Below, piece by piece: positions 39,045-48,025 of a stretch of 64,000 bases of DNA. The notes below the pieces were generated by a model. The model was not told the DNA's origin. It saw only the letters and a program-made list of their open reading frames with translations, and searched no databases. A program made the position numbers and the translations under genes. This stretch comes from a virus, in the UHGV virus genome UHGV-0371537; one strand, written 5' to 3'. Each line of letters begins with the position of its first letter. Position 1 is the first letter of the stretch.

Positions 39045-39488
39045 ATGTCAAAAGAGAAATACATCTTCATCAGCCCAGCCACGAAGGAGTTCTTTATCTC
39101 CGAAGTGAAAGATCGCGTTGAGAAGTTCCGCTACATGCGCAGCTATGGCCTGGCATCTGGTGAAATCGATTACCAGTCACTGGACAATGATCGCCAAGAT
39201 CTGATTGATGATGGCTGGCGTTTAGTCCCTTCCCCTCAGTATATCCACATCAAGCTGTACTACATGAAGGACAGCGGGAAGTATTACTCTGAAGGCGAAC
39301 TCATCCTCAATCGTGGCGAGGCTGAAGCTGAACCTGCTAAGTCCTGGATGGTCACTATGGATAAAATCCGCTATCTGCTCGACTCAGGCAATTTGCCCGG
39401 TTTGGTTAAAGGTGCCAGGTACGAGGTCTTCGTGACCGGAGAAGGGCATCCAGGTGGTTATCCACATCTGTTCCGCATTAACAACTGA
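39045..39488 (+). CDS. hypothetical protein (147 aa)
   Basis: ORF with upstream purine-rich SD. Confidence 0.5.
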   Translation: MSKEKYIFISPATKEFFISEVKDRVEKFRYMRSYGLASGEIDYQSLDNDRQDLIDDGWRLVPSPQYIHIKLYYMKDSGKYYSEGELILNRGEAEAEPAKSWMVTMDKIRYLLDSGNLPGLVKGARYEVFVTGEGHPGGYPHLFRINN

Positions 39489-39495
39489 GGTCATC

Positions 39496-39732
39496 ATGAG
39501 AATCAAAAAGATCGGCGCAAGTCCGCTCACTGGGACAATCTTCCAGGGCACCTTGAACACCAAAACCAGCATGTGGGTTGGTGAGAAGACCGACGTGACA
39601 GAGGACTGCGTGGCTGCCACGGCTGAACACATGCGACACATCAATAAAGACTACTGCTTCCCAACGACGGATGGTAAGTTCTTGGTGCTGAGCGCCGAGG
39701 TTCACGAGACCCTTCCTGATCGCTTCAAATAA
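39496..39732 (+). CDS. hypothetical protein (78 aa)
   Basis: ATG 39496 with GAGG SD; track start GTG 39454 overlaps the upstream gene. Confidence 0.4.
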   Translation: MRIKKIGASPLTGTIFQGTLNTKTSMWVGEKTDVTEDCVAATAEHMRHINKDYCFPTTDGKFLVLSAEVHETLPDRFK

Positions 39733-39835
39733 ATTTTAAATTTATTCAATAAACGGGGTTTACTTCTTCAATAAACCCCGTATACTTCATTCCATAAGCA
39801 GCACAACACTGACTCTGAAATGAAGGAACTACACC

Positions 39836-40132
39836 ATGAACAATATGCCAACCACCAAAACTGCTCTGGAAATCGATTCTCGCTTTATCGTTGAAGCATG
39901 GGCAAATAGCCAAAATGCGTATGTGTACTCCCTTTATATCGGCGACACCTATATTTCTTGTCTCGGTATCGACGGTTCTGTGAACGAGCACGGCGTGAAC
40001 GAGCGCTATACCAAGAAGCAGGCTATCGCGGATGCTACCAAATTCGCAACCGACATTCTGGATCGCATCAAAGCAGGCAAGCCGTACAAACGCGGTGAAA
40101 AGGGCTATGCCACCCAATTGCTCGGCGCTTGA
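39836..40132 (+). CDS. hypothetical protein (98 aa)
   Basis: ORF in small-gene cluster. Confidence 0.45.
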   Translation: MNNMPTTKTALEIDSRFIVEAWANSQNAYVYSLYIGDTYISCLGIDGSVNEHGVNERYTKKQAIADATKFATDILDRIKAGKPYKRGEKGYATQLLGA

Positions 40133-40201
40133 TTTGTTCTAAATCTTTGAACGGGGTATGTTAACTGCATACCCTTATCCCTACAAATAGAGGACTTTAC
40201 C

Positions 40202-40546
40202 GTGGCAAACGAAACCAAGGCAACGAAATCTGTGGAGATTCCCCACATCGTCAAGTTCGAAAAGCCGAGCGAGCGTAAACCGCGCAAAACTCGCCGCTTG
40301 GTCACCAAGTTGGACCTCCTGAAACAGAAGTTTGGCAACCACAGTGTGTTCACCCGCATTCGTAATGCATTAAAGGAAGGGCGAACCGAGCTGGAGCTAT
40401 ACCGTCCGAACGGTTCGACACGTGCGTATCAGACCACCGACGGCTTGCTGGAACTGATCCGCCTGAGCGGGATGACGATCGAACCTCGTTCGTCAGGCAC
40501 TCCCCTGTGCTCCCTCTATGTCATCGGCAATCTTGGGGCGCTGTAA
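40202..40546 (+). CDS. hypothetical basic protein (114 aa)
   Basis: GTG start with GAGGA SD 6-7 nt upstream. Confidence 0.4.
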   Translation: MANETKATKSVEIPHIVKFEKPSERKPRKTRRLVTKLDLLKQKFGNHSVFTRIRNALKEGRTELELYRPNGSTRAYQTTDGLLELIRLSGMTIEPRSSGTPLCSLYVIGNLGAL

Positions 40547-40551
40547 GTTCT

Positions 40552-40974
40552 ATGAAGAAGTATATCGTTGTCATCACTGGTTCCCGCTCAATTACCGAGC
40601 GGGATAAGGTCTTCGCCAAGCTGGATGAACTCCTCGATCCTCATGAAGTCTACACATTGATCGAGGGTGAGGCCAATGGTGTGGACAAGATTTGTCGCGA
40701 TTGGGCTGAAATCAATTATGTTGATGTCACTCCTATGCCGATCCCATCGGGCTATTATGAAAAATATGGCAAAGGGATGGGCAACAAACGCAATCAGGAC
40801 ATGTTAGACAAGGCATTGGATCTCGCTAGGCAGACTAAGCTGGAGGTGTATCCGATTGCGATGTGGGATGGTTCGTCCACTGGCACCCTGGACATGATAA
40901 ACAGGCTGAAGAAGGCAGGTCTCCCTGTGGATATCACTCTGATGGGTAAACCCAAAACCAAGCGCCTTTTGTAA
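40552..40974 (+). CDS. SLOG/DprA-like Rossmann-fold protein (140 aa)
   Basis: VVITGSRSI...GEANGVDK...W resembles the GSR...G..G.D signature of SLOG/DprA/LOG-type domains; ATG 40552. Confidence 0.4.
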   Translation: MKKYIVVITGSRSITERDKVFAKLDELLDPHEVYTLIEGEANGVDKICRDWAEINYVDVTPMPIPSGYYEKYGKGMGNKRNQDMLDKALDLARQTKLEVYPIAMWDGSSTGTLDMINRLKKAGLPVDITLMGKPKTKRLL

Positions 40975-41186
40975 CCTGTCATAAATAATCTGAGTTCACA
41001 CAGCGGAGATACATCATGTTTGTCGTCAATCTGTTCTGCTATATCTTCACGGCTTACTTCCTTGCAGCAGTAGCGCATGAGACGTATACTGATCTGAAGG
41101 AGGGCGAATACGCCGACTGGAAGGTCTATGCCAAGAAGTTCGCTCGCAAGTTCTGGTCCAACTTCGTTTACAAACTACCCTGATCC

Positions 41187-41217
41187 CTAAATACCCCCAT
41201 CATCCATGGGGGTATTT
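41187..41217 (+). promoter_or_regulatory. late-promoter-like CTAAATA plus perfect 12-bp hairpin
   Basis: AAATACCCCCAT (41189-41200) pairs with ATGGGGGTATTT (41206-41217); ATG 41222. Confidence 0.5.
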
Positions 41218-41221
41218 TCTT

Positions 41222-41950
41222 ATGAACGCACAGATCTATGACGCCCTTGAGCAGGGTAACGCATTTAACAATCCTCTCCCGTCCCTCAGCAGCACGTCAC
41301 AGGGTTTAATCACCAGTGGTAAGGCGACTACAGCTTCACTGGCTAACACAGGCGATACGCAAATCCAGGGCGCTCTGACGGCAGGTGGGCTTACCACAGC
41401 CAAACTGAACGAAGCAACCACTATGTTCAACTCTGCAGGTACGAGCCTCACCACCCTGAACAACTATGGTGACCAGACTGTCAGTGAAGCATATTCTCGG
41501 ATCGGGACTTCTGTTTCTTACAAATCTGGCCTGAAATCCATAGAGCGCGAGCCAACGAATTGTGATCTGATCAACAATGCATTCGGTGTCATTCAGACCC
41601 TTGGACGCCAGTGGATCGGTGCCATGGAGACCGCTCTCAGCACTGTCACGGCAAAAATGACCGAACTAGCCGAATTAGTAGCGCAGGGTGTGAGCGCAGG
41701 CCTGGCAAAGATCCAGGCGCTGGCTGCTGAGGTCACCGGGTACGTCAACACTGCCATAACTCAGGTCTCCCAGATAGCCCAGGATATTACGAGCGGTATC
41801 GCGGCAGAGCTAGCCCACATACAAGACATGGTTAGCAAGTGTCTGAACTTCTCATTTGCTAACGTCCTGTCTGAGTGGGCTAAAGATCTATGTGCTGGTG
41901 GTGTTATCAACAACATCGGTTCAGATAATCTCAAGAGTGCGCTGAAGTAA
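41222..41950 (+). CDS. late-expressed hypothetical protein (242 aa), possibly structural
   Basis: CTAAATA at 41187 followed by a perfect 12-bp hairpin; Ala/Thr/Ser-rich. Confidence 0.55.
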   Translation: MNAQIYDALEQGNAFNNPLPSLSSTSQGLITSGKATTASLANTGDTQIQGALTAGGLTTAKLNEATTMFNSAGTSLTTLNNYGDQTVSEAYSRIGTSVSYKSGLKSIEREPTNCDLINNAFGVIQTLGRQWIGAMETALSTVTAKMTELAELVAQGVSAGLAKIQALAAEVTGYVNTAITQVSQIAQDITSGIAAELAHIQDMVSKCLNFSFANVLSEWAKDLCAGGVINNIGSDNLKSALK

Positions 41951-42592
41951 TCAACGCTCCCTCGCCGGAAGAACTCCCACTGGCTCGATACCATCCAACA
42001 GTAGGGAGTTCACACCCACATTACTCAGTCTAATCCAGATCGTTCCCCCTGGGTTAACTTCAAAGATATTCATCTCATTCCCAACTGCGTCGTTGTTGAC
42101 AAACACACCCTGGGTTGCGATTCGTACTGGTTTATCTGAGTCATTCATGATTTTGAACGTCACGATTATATCCGATGTTGTACCCAGTCGCCCAACCATG
42201 TGTTGCTTCAGCTTGGCGTAGAATGATGGATTAAAAGTGATGATAATGCTGTTGTTCTGAGAGTAATAAATACTTGCTGATAGGTATGGAATCTTCCCTT
42301 CGTCGCCACGCCGCAGGAGGGGAATCGTGGTCTTCCAGTAAGGCTTGAGGGTGCTCGTGTTCTCCTCGAAGCAACCTAAAGGTACGAGCTTCTGGAAGGT
42401 CTGGAACTCTTGCACGATGATGTCCAGAATACCCTTGTTACAAGTGGGAACACTGGCCGACAACGTCACAGGTACGGTGCGTACTTCTGGGTTCCAGAGT
42501 TCGGAAACAGAAATTATTGGCGTGACAAAGATGCGACAGCTCGTGAGTAAGAGCATCGCGCATGCCAACAACAATCTACTGATCCCGCGCAT
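41951..42592 (-). CDS. putative lipoprotein (213 aa)
   Basis: MRGISRLLLACAMLLLTSC gives a signal peptide with LTSC lipobox; convergent with the 41222 gene; start at internal ATG fwd 42590-42592. Confidence 0.5.
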   Translation of the reverse strand: MRGISRLLLACAMLLLTSCRIFVTPIISVSELWNPEVRTVPVTLSASVPTCNKGILDIIVQEFQTFQKLVPLGCFEENTSTLKPYWKTTIPLLRRGDEGKIPYLSASIYYSQNNSIIITFNPSFYAKLKQHMVGRLGTTSDIIVTFKIMNDSDKPVRIATQGVFVNNDAVGNEMNIFEVNPGGTIWIRLSNVGVNSLLLDGIEPVGVLPARER

Positions 42593-42630
42593 CAGGGTCA
42601 CAAAATATCTCCACAGCAAAAGGTGCTATT

Positions 42631-43131
42631 ATGTCCGACGTACAATTCAAGAACGAAAACCCTAATTTTGCGGCGTCCGATAAGTGGCGTTTATCTATCG
42701 GAGACCTTGTACTCGTGTCCCGCAACATCCATGACTTCAGCATCCCTGGCTTGTATTCCGAGGGTATCGATGGTCCATCACCCGGTGACGTTCTCGTTTC
42801 CATATCTTCAGAACGTATCACATATGACCCCGTCGTATTTACTTTCGTAATCGATGAGGACTGGAAAACTTGGTTGGCGTTACACAACTGGATCCGCTCA
42901 AACGTCAAGCTGGACCAGCCTGTGAGCAAAGACATCACAATTGACTTGCTGGACAACCTCAATCGCCCCATCGGGCTGACTTTGGTGTTACAAGAATCAC
43001 GCCCAACTGCTCTTGACAACGTGTTGGTAGACGTGGATGCTGCTGTGCCTCAGCTGGTGTCGACTGTGACGTTCAAATTCCAGGAGATGGTGCCGACTCT
43101 TGTGAGCCGTGAGATAGATTCTAATCCGTGA
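42631..43131 (+). CDS. hypothetical protein (166 aa)
   Basis: ORF upstream of the UvsY-like gene. Confidence 0.5.
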   Translation: MSDVQFKNENPNFAASDKWRLSIGDLVLVSRNIHDFSIPGLYSEGIDGPSPGDVLVSISSERITYDPVVFTFVIDEDWKTWLALHNWIRSNVKLDQPVSKDITIDLLDNLNRPIGLTLVLQESRPTALDNVLVDVDAAVPQLVSTVTFKFQEMVPTLVSREIDSNP

Positions 43132-43173
43132 TGCGCGGTATAATTTTATGACATTGACAAGCTGGGATATTTT

Positions 43174-43626
43174 ATGAAAGAACAACTACAGACAATGGCA
43201 ACCGAGGATATCATGGACGAACTGGAGCCGCTGATAACAGTGGACCCAGAAGACATGAACCTTGACCAGATATCATTGAAGATTGGGCGCTCATGGATGG
43301 CCGTGCAGCGCCATTATCTGCGTGAAGGGCGTTATCTGGAATTCCTCAATGGACGCTTCCGGCAGATTGATCTTTACCTGCGCCGCTACTATGCAGGGGA
43401 GTTGCCACCGAATATCTATGCAGAACGCCCCCTGAAGGTTCGCCCCCTGAAGTCCGACCTGGACACATGGGTGAAAGCCGACGAAGACTATGTAGAATTG
43501 TCCGTTCTGCTACAAGAGCAGAAGGCAAAGGTCAAGTTTATTGAGACTTGTTTGGATCGTTTGAACAAGCTCGGCTACGAAGTGAAGAACGCCATAGATT
43601 GGCGTAAATACATGGATGGTTCATGA
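43174..43626 (+). CDS. uvsY: recombination mediator, T4 UvsY-like
   Basis: LYLRRYYAGE and C-terminal region resemble T4 UvsY; same module as the UvsW-like helicase. Confidence 0.55.
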   Translation: MKEQLQTMATEDIMDELEPLITVDPEDMNLDQISLKIGRSWMAVQRHYLREGRYLEFLNGRFRQIDLYLRRYYAGELPPNIYAERPLKVRPLKSDLDTWVKADEDYVELSVLLQEQKAKVKFIETCLDRLNKLGYEVKNAIDWRKYMDGS

Positions 43627-44372
43627 TGGCATCTCTCCAGGCTCTCAGAAAGCTGAACGACTTCGAAAATCGTCACTACACATTCCAGCAGTATGAACTC
43701 CCATACAAAGAACTGGAGTGTGTGACGACGGAGAATGGTCGACATTATGTGTCTCCGACTGGCGTCAAACTCACGTCTGTCACAACGATGCTGGGTCGAA
43801 CCGGAGACCATGAATGGCTCGAAGCCTGGAGGGAGAAGTTGGGCGCAGAGGCCGCCGATCTTGAGACCATGCGTTGTGCGGAACGTGGGGAGAAGCTGCA
43901 TCTTGCGTGTGAATTGTATTTGAAGAACCGCCCAATGAAAGAAGTGCTCGAGGCGGCTGGTGAATACATGTTCATGTTCAAGCAACTCTTCCCATACCTG
44001 AACAAGATGACCAAGATCTATGCTCAGGAGATTCCATTATATAGCGAAGTCCTTGGCCTCGCTGGGCGCGTAGACCTCATCGGGGTGTATGAGGGCAAAC
44101 CAGCCATAATCGACTTCAAGACCTCCAATGTAATGAAGACTCGGGGTATGATTGAGGACTACAGCATCCAGCTGTGTCTATACTCAGTCATGTTCCAACA
44201 GATGTTCGGCGTGAAGATCACCCGGTTGATAAACGTCATCGCCAACGAATCCTCTTTGAACCCAACTATCATCGAGTTCCATCGTGATGACATCCTGAGC
44301 AAGATGTTTGAGCGTGTCCGCCTGTACCATCGCATGGATAAAGAACAGAACGGAGTCTGGGCGAACCACTAA
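43623..44372 (+). CDS. PD-(D/E)xK nuclease-like protein (249 aa)
   Basis: GRVDLIGVYEGKPAIIDFKTS fits a D...(D/E).K core; sits between UvsY-like and UvsW-like genes. Confidence 0.45.
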   Translation: MMASLQALRKLNDFENRHYTFQQYELPYKELECVTTENGRHYVSPTGVKLTSVTTMLGRTGDHEWLEAWREKLGAEAADLETMRCAERGEKLHLACELYLKNRPMKEVLEAAGEYMFMFKQLFPYLNKMTKIYAQEIPLYSEVLGLAGRVDLIGVYEGKPAIIDFKTSNVMKTRGMIEDYSIQLCLYSVMFQQMFGVKITRLINVIANESSLNPTIIEFHRDDILSKMFERVRLYHRMDKEQNGVWANH

Positions 44373-44375
44373 ATA
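44369..44375 (+). promoter_or_regulatory. late-promoter-like CTAAATA motif upstream of the UvsW-like gene
   Basis: CTAAATACCCCAT inside the 3-prime end of the upstream gene, 26 nt before ATG 44401. Confidence 0.4.
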
Positions 44376-44400
44376 CCCCATATATCTTGGGAGATTTTGT

Positions 44401-45909
44401 ATGGCAGACGTTCAGATTGTTAAGGTTAACGAAGTCCGCATGCGTTGCATCGCAGATCTTTCTATCAGGGAAGAGCTGAACGATTACTTCAAATTCGAAG
44501 ACCCCAATTACACACCAAATCCATTCTCGAAATGGGATGGAATCGTTCGCCTTTTCACCAAGTCGTCCGGCCTCATCGATATCGGTCTCCTGTTCGAGGT
44601 TTTTAAATTCTGTAAGCATCACGGATACACAGTTGAATTGGACCCGGCGCTGAAGTACATACAGGACATCCCTGATGAAGAGATCTATGAATTCATCAAC
44701 AGCCTACACGCCAAAGTACGTACAGAAAATCATGAGTACATCGATGCGATCACCCGTGATTACCAGTTCGACACGATAGCCAAGGCGATGCGTCAAACCA
44801 GATGCGTCTGCGAACTGGCTACGAGTGCCGGGAAGTCCTTTGTTCTGTATGTCATGGCGCGGTACTACAGGCAACGCAGAGAAGCCCTAGAAAGCAATCT
44901 GAGGACGCTTATCGTGGTGCCGTCAATCCACCTGGTTACACAGCTGTACGACAACTTCGAAGAATACTCCCACGGCACTGACTGGAAGCCAGTTGTCCAC
45001 ACTCAGCTGATCTTTGAGGGGGCAACCAAGAACATCACCAAGCCGATTGTCATCAGTACCTGGCAGGGCATACAAGACCAACCGAAGGAGTGGTTCCACC
45101 AGTTTGGCGACATCGTTGTGGATGAAGTACATACATCCAAGTCCGAGAAGCTGTCCTACATCCTCAACAATTGTATCTACGCCGACCAGCGTCTGGGCGT
45201 GACGGGTACGCTGGCAAACACCAAAGTCGCTGGGCTTCAGGTGGTGGCTCACTTCGGCACTTATCACAAGATCATCACGGCTCGCGACCTTATCAATCTT
45301 GGGTACGCCACTGACATCAAGGTCAAGATGATCGAGCTGAAGCACACCATCGCTGACGCAATGACTCTTGACGGGGAGTACAGCAAGGAAATTGAATATC
45401 TTATCACCCATCAGTCGCGAAACGAAGTGATTGCGAAGATGGCGCTGAACCTCAAGGGGAATGTTGCTGTTATGTTCGAGCGTATTGACGCCCACATGAT
45501 GGTAGTGTATGAGATGCTGAGCGCAGTAAAGCCAAACGTGTTTGTCATCAACGGTGAAGTGAAGATCGAAGATCGTCGACGCATTCAGAAAGCGATGGAA
45601 GATGGCGAGGATATCACGTTGCTGGCTTCTTACGGGACAATGCAGCAGGGTGTTTCAATCAAGAAGTTGCATCACCTGGTACTGGCCCACCCGAGCAAGT
45701 CATATATCCGTGTCATACAGACATTGGGTCGTCTGATGCGTCAGCACTCCTCTAAGGATGTGGCATGGATCTGGGACTTAGTCGACAATGCGTCGTATAA
45801 AGGATCCCAGAACCACGCTGTGAGGCATTCGCAAGAGCGATACAAGTTCTATCTGTCTGAGCGCCACCCAGTAGAATTCATGAAAGTGGCGCTCGGTAAT
45901 CACGATTGA
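44401..45909 (+). CDS. uvsW: DNA/RNA helicase, T4 UvsW-like
   Basis: Walker A LATSAGKS, DEVH box, TWQGIQDQPKEWFHQFG and KKLHHLVLAH resemble T4 UvsW; 502 aa from ATG 44401 (track start 44308). Confidence 0.85.
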   Translation: MADVQIVKVNEVRMRCIADLSIREELNDYFKFEDPNYTPNPFSKWDGIVRLFTKSSGLIDIGLLFEVFKFCKHHGYTVELDPALKYIQDIPDEEIYEFINSLHAKVRTENHEYIDAITRDYQFDTIAKAMRQTRCVCELATSAGKSFVLYVMARYYRQRREALESNLRTLIVVPSIHLVTQLYDNFEEYSHGTDWKPVVHTQLIFEGATKNITKPIVISTWQGIQDQPKEWFHQFGDIVVDEVHTSKSEKLSYILNNCIYADQRLGVTGTLANTKVAGLQVVAHFGTYHKIITARDLINLGYATDIKVKMIELKHTIADAMTLDGEYSKEIEYLITHQSRNEVIAKMALNLKGNVAVMFERIDAHMMVVYEMLSAVKPNVFVINGEVKIEDRRRIQKAMEDGEDITLLASYGTMQQGVSIKKLHHLVLAHPSKSYIRVIQTLGRLMRQHSSKDVAWIWDLVDNASYKGSQNHAVRHSQERYKFYLSERHPVEFMKVALGNHD

Positions 45910-46277
45910 TCTTGGTTCACATAGGCGGGGGTTGCCTCGCCTTCTTCACCCGCTGCGCCGAACAATTTGTCCAAAGAAGCCAGGCACTGAGAATTCAGAT
46001 GTTCACTAATCGTGTCTTTCAACGTTCGTTCGCTGTCTAATTTGAACGGCAACACCTTCGCTTCAATGCCGTTTTCAAAGGTGACAACGCCGATGTACAG
46101 ACCAACTTTCATGCCTGTCATCAAGCCAAGAGGCACAAAGCGCGGCTCCGATGGTAAGTTCTTGTCTGACGCCAGCTGTGCCAGATAAACTGGAGTTCCG
46201 GTAACAAACTCTCCTGCGGTGAGGATGGCATCTGGCTTGCTGCATCCCACTGCGTACAATCCTACAAACTGTTTCAT
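45900..46277 (-). CDS. hypothetical protein (125 aa)
   Basis: Minus-strand ORF divergent from the sliding clamp gene. Confidence 0.45.
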   Translation of the reverse strand: MKQFVGLYAVGCSKPDAILTAGEFVTGTPVYLAQLASDKNLPSEPRFVPLGLMTGMKVGLYIGVVTFENGIEAKVLPFKLDSERTLKDTISEHLNSQCLASLDKLFGAAGEEGEATPAYVNQDQS

Positions 46278-46404
46278 ATATTACTCTCGTGTGTTGGTTA
46301 ACCTGACATACATATTATTTCGCGCCCATGTTTAGACCAAATTAAATTATTTTGCTGTTGAATAAAAACTGCTTTCTTGTTGAACAACTGGCGTGGTATT
46401 ATAC

Positions 46405-46459
46405 GAGTTGTGAGTGTTAACGAGCAACGAGTATTTGTTTTATGAGCGAAGCGAATAGG
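46405..46459 (+). repeat. bipartite conserved intergenic element, copy B (upstream of sliding clamp gene)
   Basis: GAGTTGTGAGTGTTAACGAGCAACGA (46405-46430) and GAGCGAAGCGAATAGG (46444-46459); spacer 13 nt here versus 51 nt in copy A. Confidence 0.55.
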
Positions 46460-46620
46460 ATTAATAAAGGTTGTTATCTTTAATAAATTCCATAAATGCC
46501 GAAGGCATTTATTAATAACGCGTAGCGGCAAATCACCACTTGTTCTATAAGCACAACACAGCGATACTAGATTGCGTCAAACATGACTTGAACCCCACTA
46601 TATTTTGAGGATACATACAA

Positions 46621-47289
46621 ATGCAAGAGATCACTCTCTCCGAACGTACACTTCAGTTGCTGGCCAACTTTGAGACCATCAACCCTTCTATCGTTCTGAC
46701 ACCGGGTAAAATGCTGCGCAGCATCAACGATTCTTCTACTGTGATTGCCGTGGCGCAGATCGAAGAAGACTTCCCGTTTGAGTTCCCTATCCTGGACCTG
46801 ACAAAGCTCCTGGCCATCCAGCGCCTGCCTTCCTTCAAAGGCGGTAAAGCCGAATTCCATCAGGACTACATCCTGCTGAAAGGTGAAAGCTCTCAGTTGC
46901 AGTTCTGGCGCTCTGCGAAGGAACTCACTGTTGTCCCGGCTGACACCATCGAACTGCCGTCTGTCGACTTCGAAGCGATCATCACTCCAGAAAAGATGAA
47001 AGAACTGACCCGCGCCTGTTCTACCCTCGGCCACAAGACCGTGCGCCTGGTTGCTCAGGGTGGCAAAACTCGCTTGGTTGCAACTACCACTACCCTGGAC
47101 AACTCTAACAACTACACCGTTGAGCTGGGTGAAACTGCTCTGCCGGACTTCGTCATGCCGCTGGACGTTGCCAACCTGAAGATGATCGAAGGCAACTATA
47201 CTCTGCGCGCCTGTGCAGAACTGCAGATGGTCAACTTCCAGTCCTCCGACGCGACGATCAATTACTTCGTCGGCGCACAGATTGAGTAA
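46621..47289 (+). CDS. gp45: sliding clamp, T4 gp45-like
   Basis: N-terminal LQLLANFETINPSIVL resembles T4 gp45; precedes the clamp loader. Confidence 0.8.
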   Translation: MQEITLSERTLQLLANFETINPSIVLTPGKMLRSINDSSTVIAVAQIEEDFPFEFPILDLTKLLAIQRLPSFKGGKAEFHQDYILLKGESSQLQFWRSAKELTVVPADTIELPSVDFEAIITPEKMKELTRACSTLGHKTVRLVAQGGKTRLVATTTTLDNSNNYTVELGETALPDFVMPLDVANLKMIEGNYTLRACAELQMVNFQSSDATINYFVGAQIE

Positions 47290-47368
47290 TCAATCTCCAG
47301 CCTGATGCTATAATGTGTGGGCGGGGGTTTCCCGCCCATTTGAAATGATTCTTCTACAAGAGGCTGAA

Positions 47369-48025
47369 ATGAGGAATCAACCGTTTGTATATCATTTGTT
47401 AGGAAAGGATGGTTCTTTCTATTTTGGTTCTAGAACGAAATTGGGTGCGCATCCTTTACAATTGTTCACTTCGTATTTCACTTCTTCACAAACGGTCAAG
47501 GAAATCATATCTAAGAAAGGTTCTGATTTCTTTGATGTGATATTTGTAGAATTGTTCGACTCTCCAGAAGATGCATATTGGAGAGAGCAGCAGTTGATTA
47601 GTGAGAACATTGATCACCCAAAATGTTTAAACAAATCATTTCAACCACTGGGTTGTGGTATCGCCAACGGTAGGTCAGCGGGACCCAAACATCACCGAGT
47701 TGGTGTCTCGAGTTGGTTGAAGGGTAAGTCTGGGAATCTTCATCCCATGCACGGAAGAACTGGTAAAAGCCACCCCGCCGCAGGAATAAAACCCTGGGAC
47801 ACCGGGGCTGCGCTGCTACACAACACCAGACCGATGTGGTTAAAGGCTGGGGTAGTGTATGATCACTGGGTTTCTACTGGTGATGGGTGCCATAGAATTG
47901 CCCGTTTGTTCTCTATCAAAGAGAACACCGCAACGAGTATGTTAAACAAATTCAAAGAGGGCTGGAACCCGTATGATGACGACGCTTGGGTTCTGTTCTG
48001 TAAACTATATCATGGAAATACATAA
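47369..48025 (+). CDS. GIY-YIG homing endonuclease (Seg-like)
   Basis: FVYHLLGKDGSFYFGSRT is a GIY-YIG core; NUMOD-like HPMHGRTGKSHP; ATG 47369 with GAGG SD; inserted between clamp and clamp-loader genes. Confidence 0.7.
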   Translation: MRNQPFVYHLLGKDGSFYFGSRTKLGAHPLQLFTSYFTSSQTVKEIISKKGSDFFDVIFVELFDSPEDAYWREQQLISENIDHPKCLNKSFQPLGCGIANGRSAGPKHHRVGVSSWLKGKSGNLHPMHGRTGKSHPAAGIKPWDTGAALLHNTRPMWLKAGVVYDHWVSTGDGCHRIARLFSIKENTATSMLNKFKEGWNPYDDDAWVLFCKLYHGNT

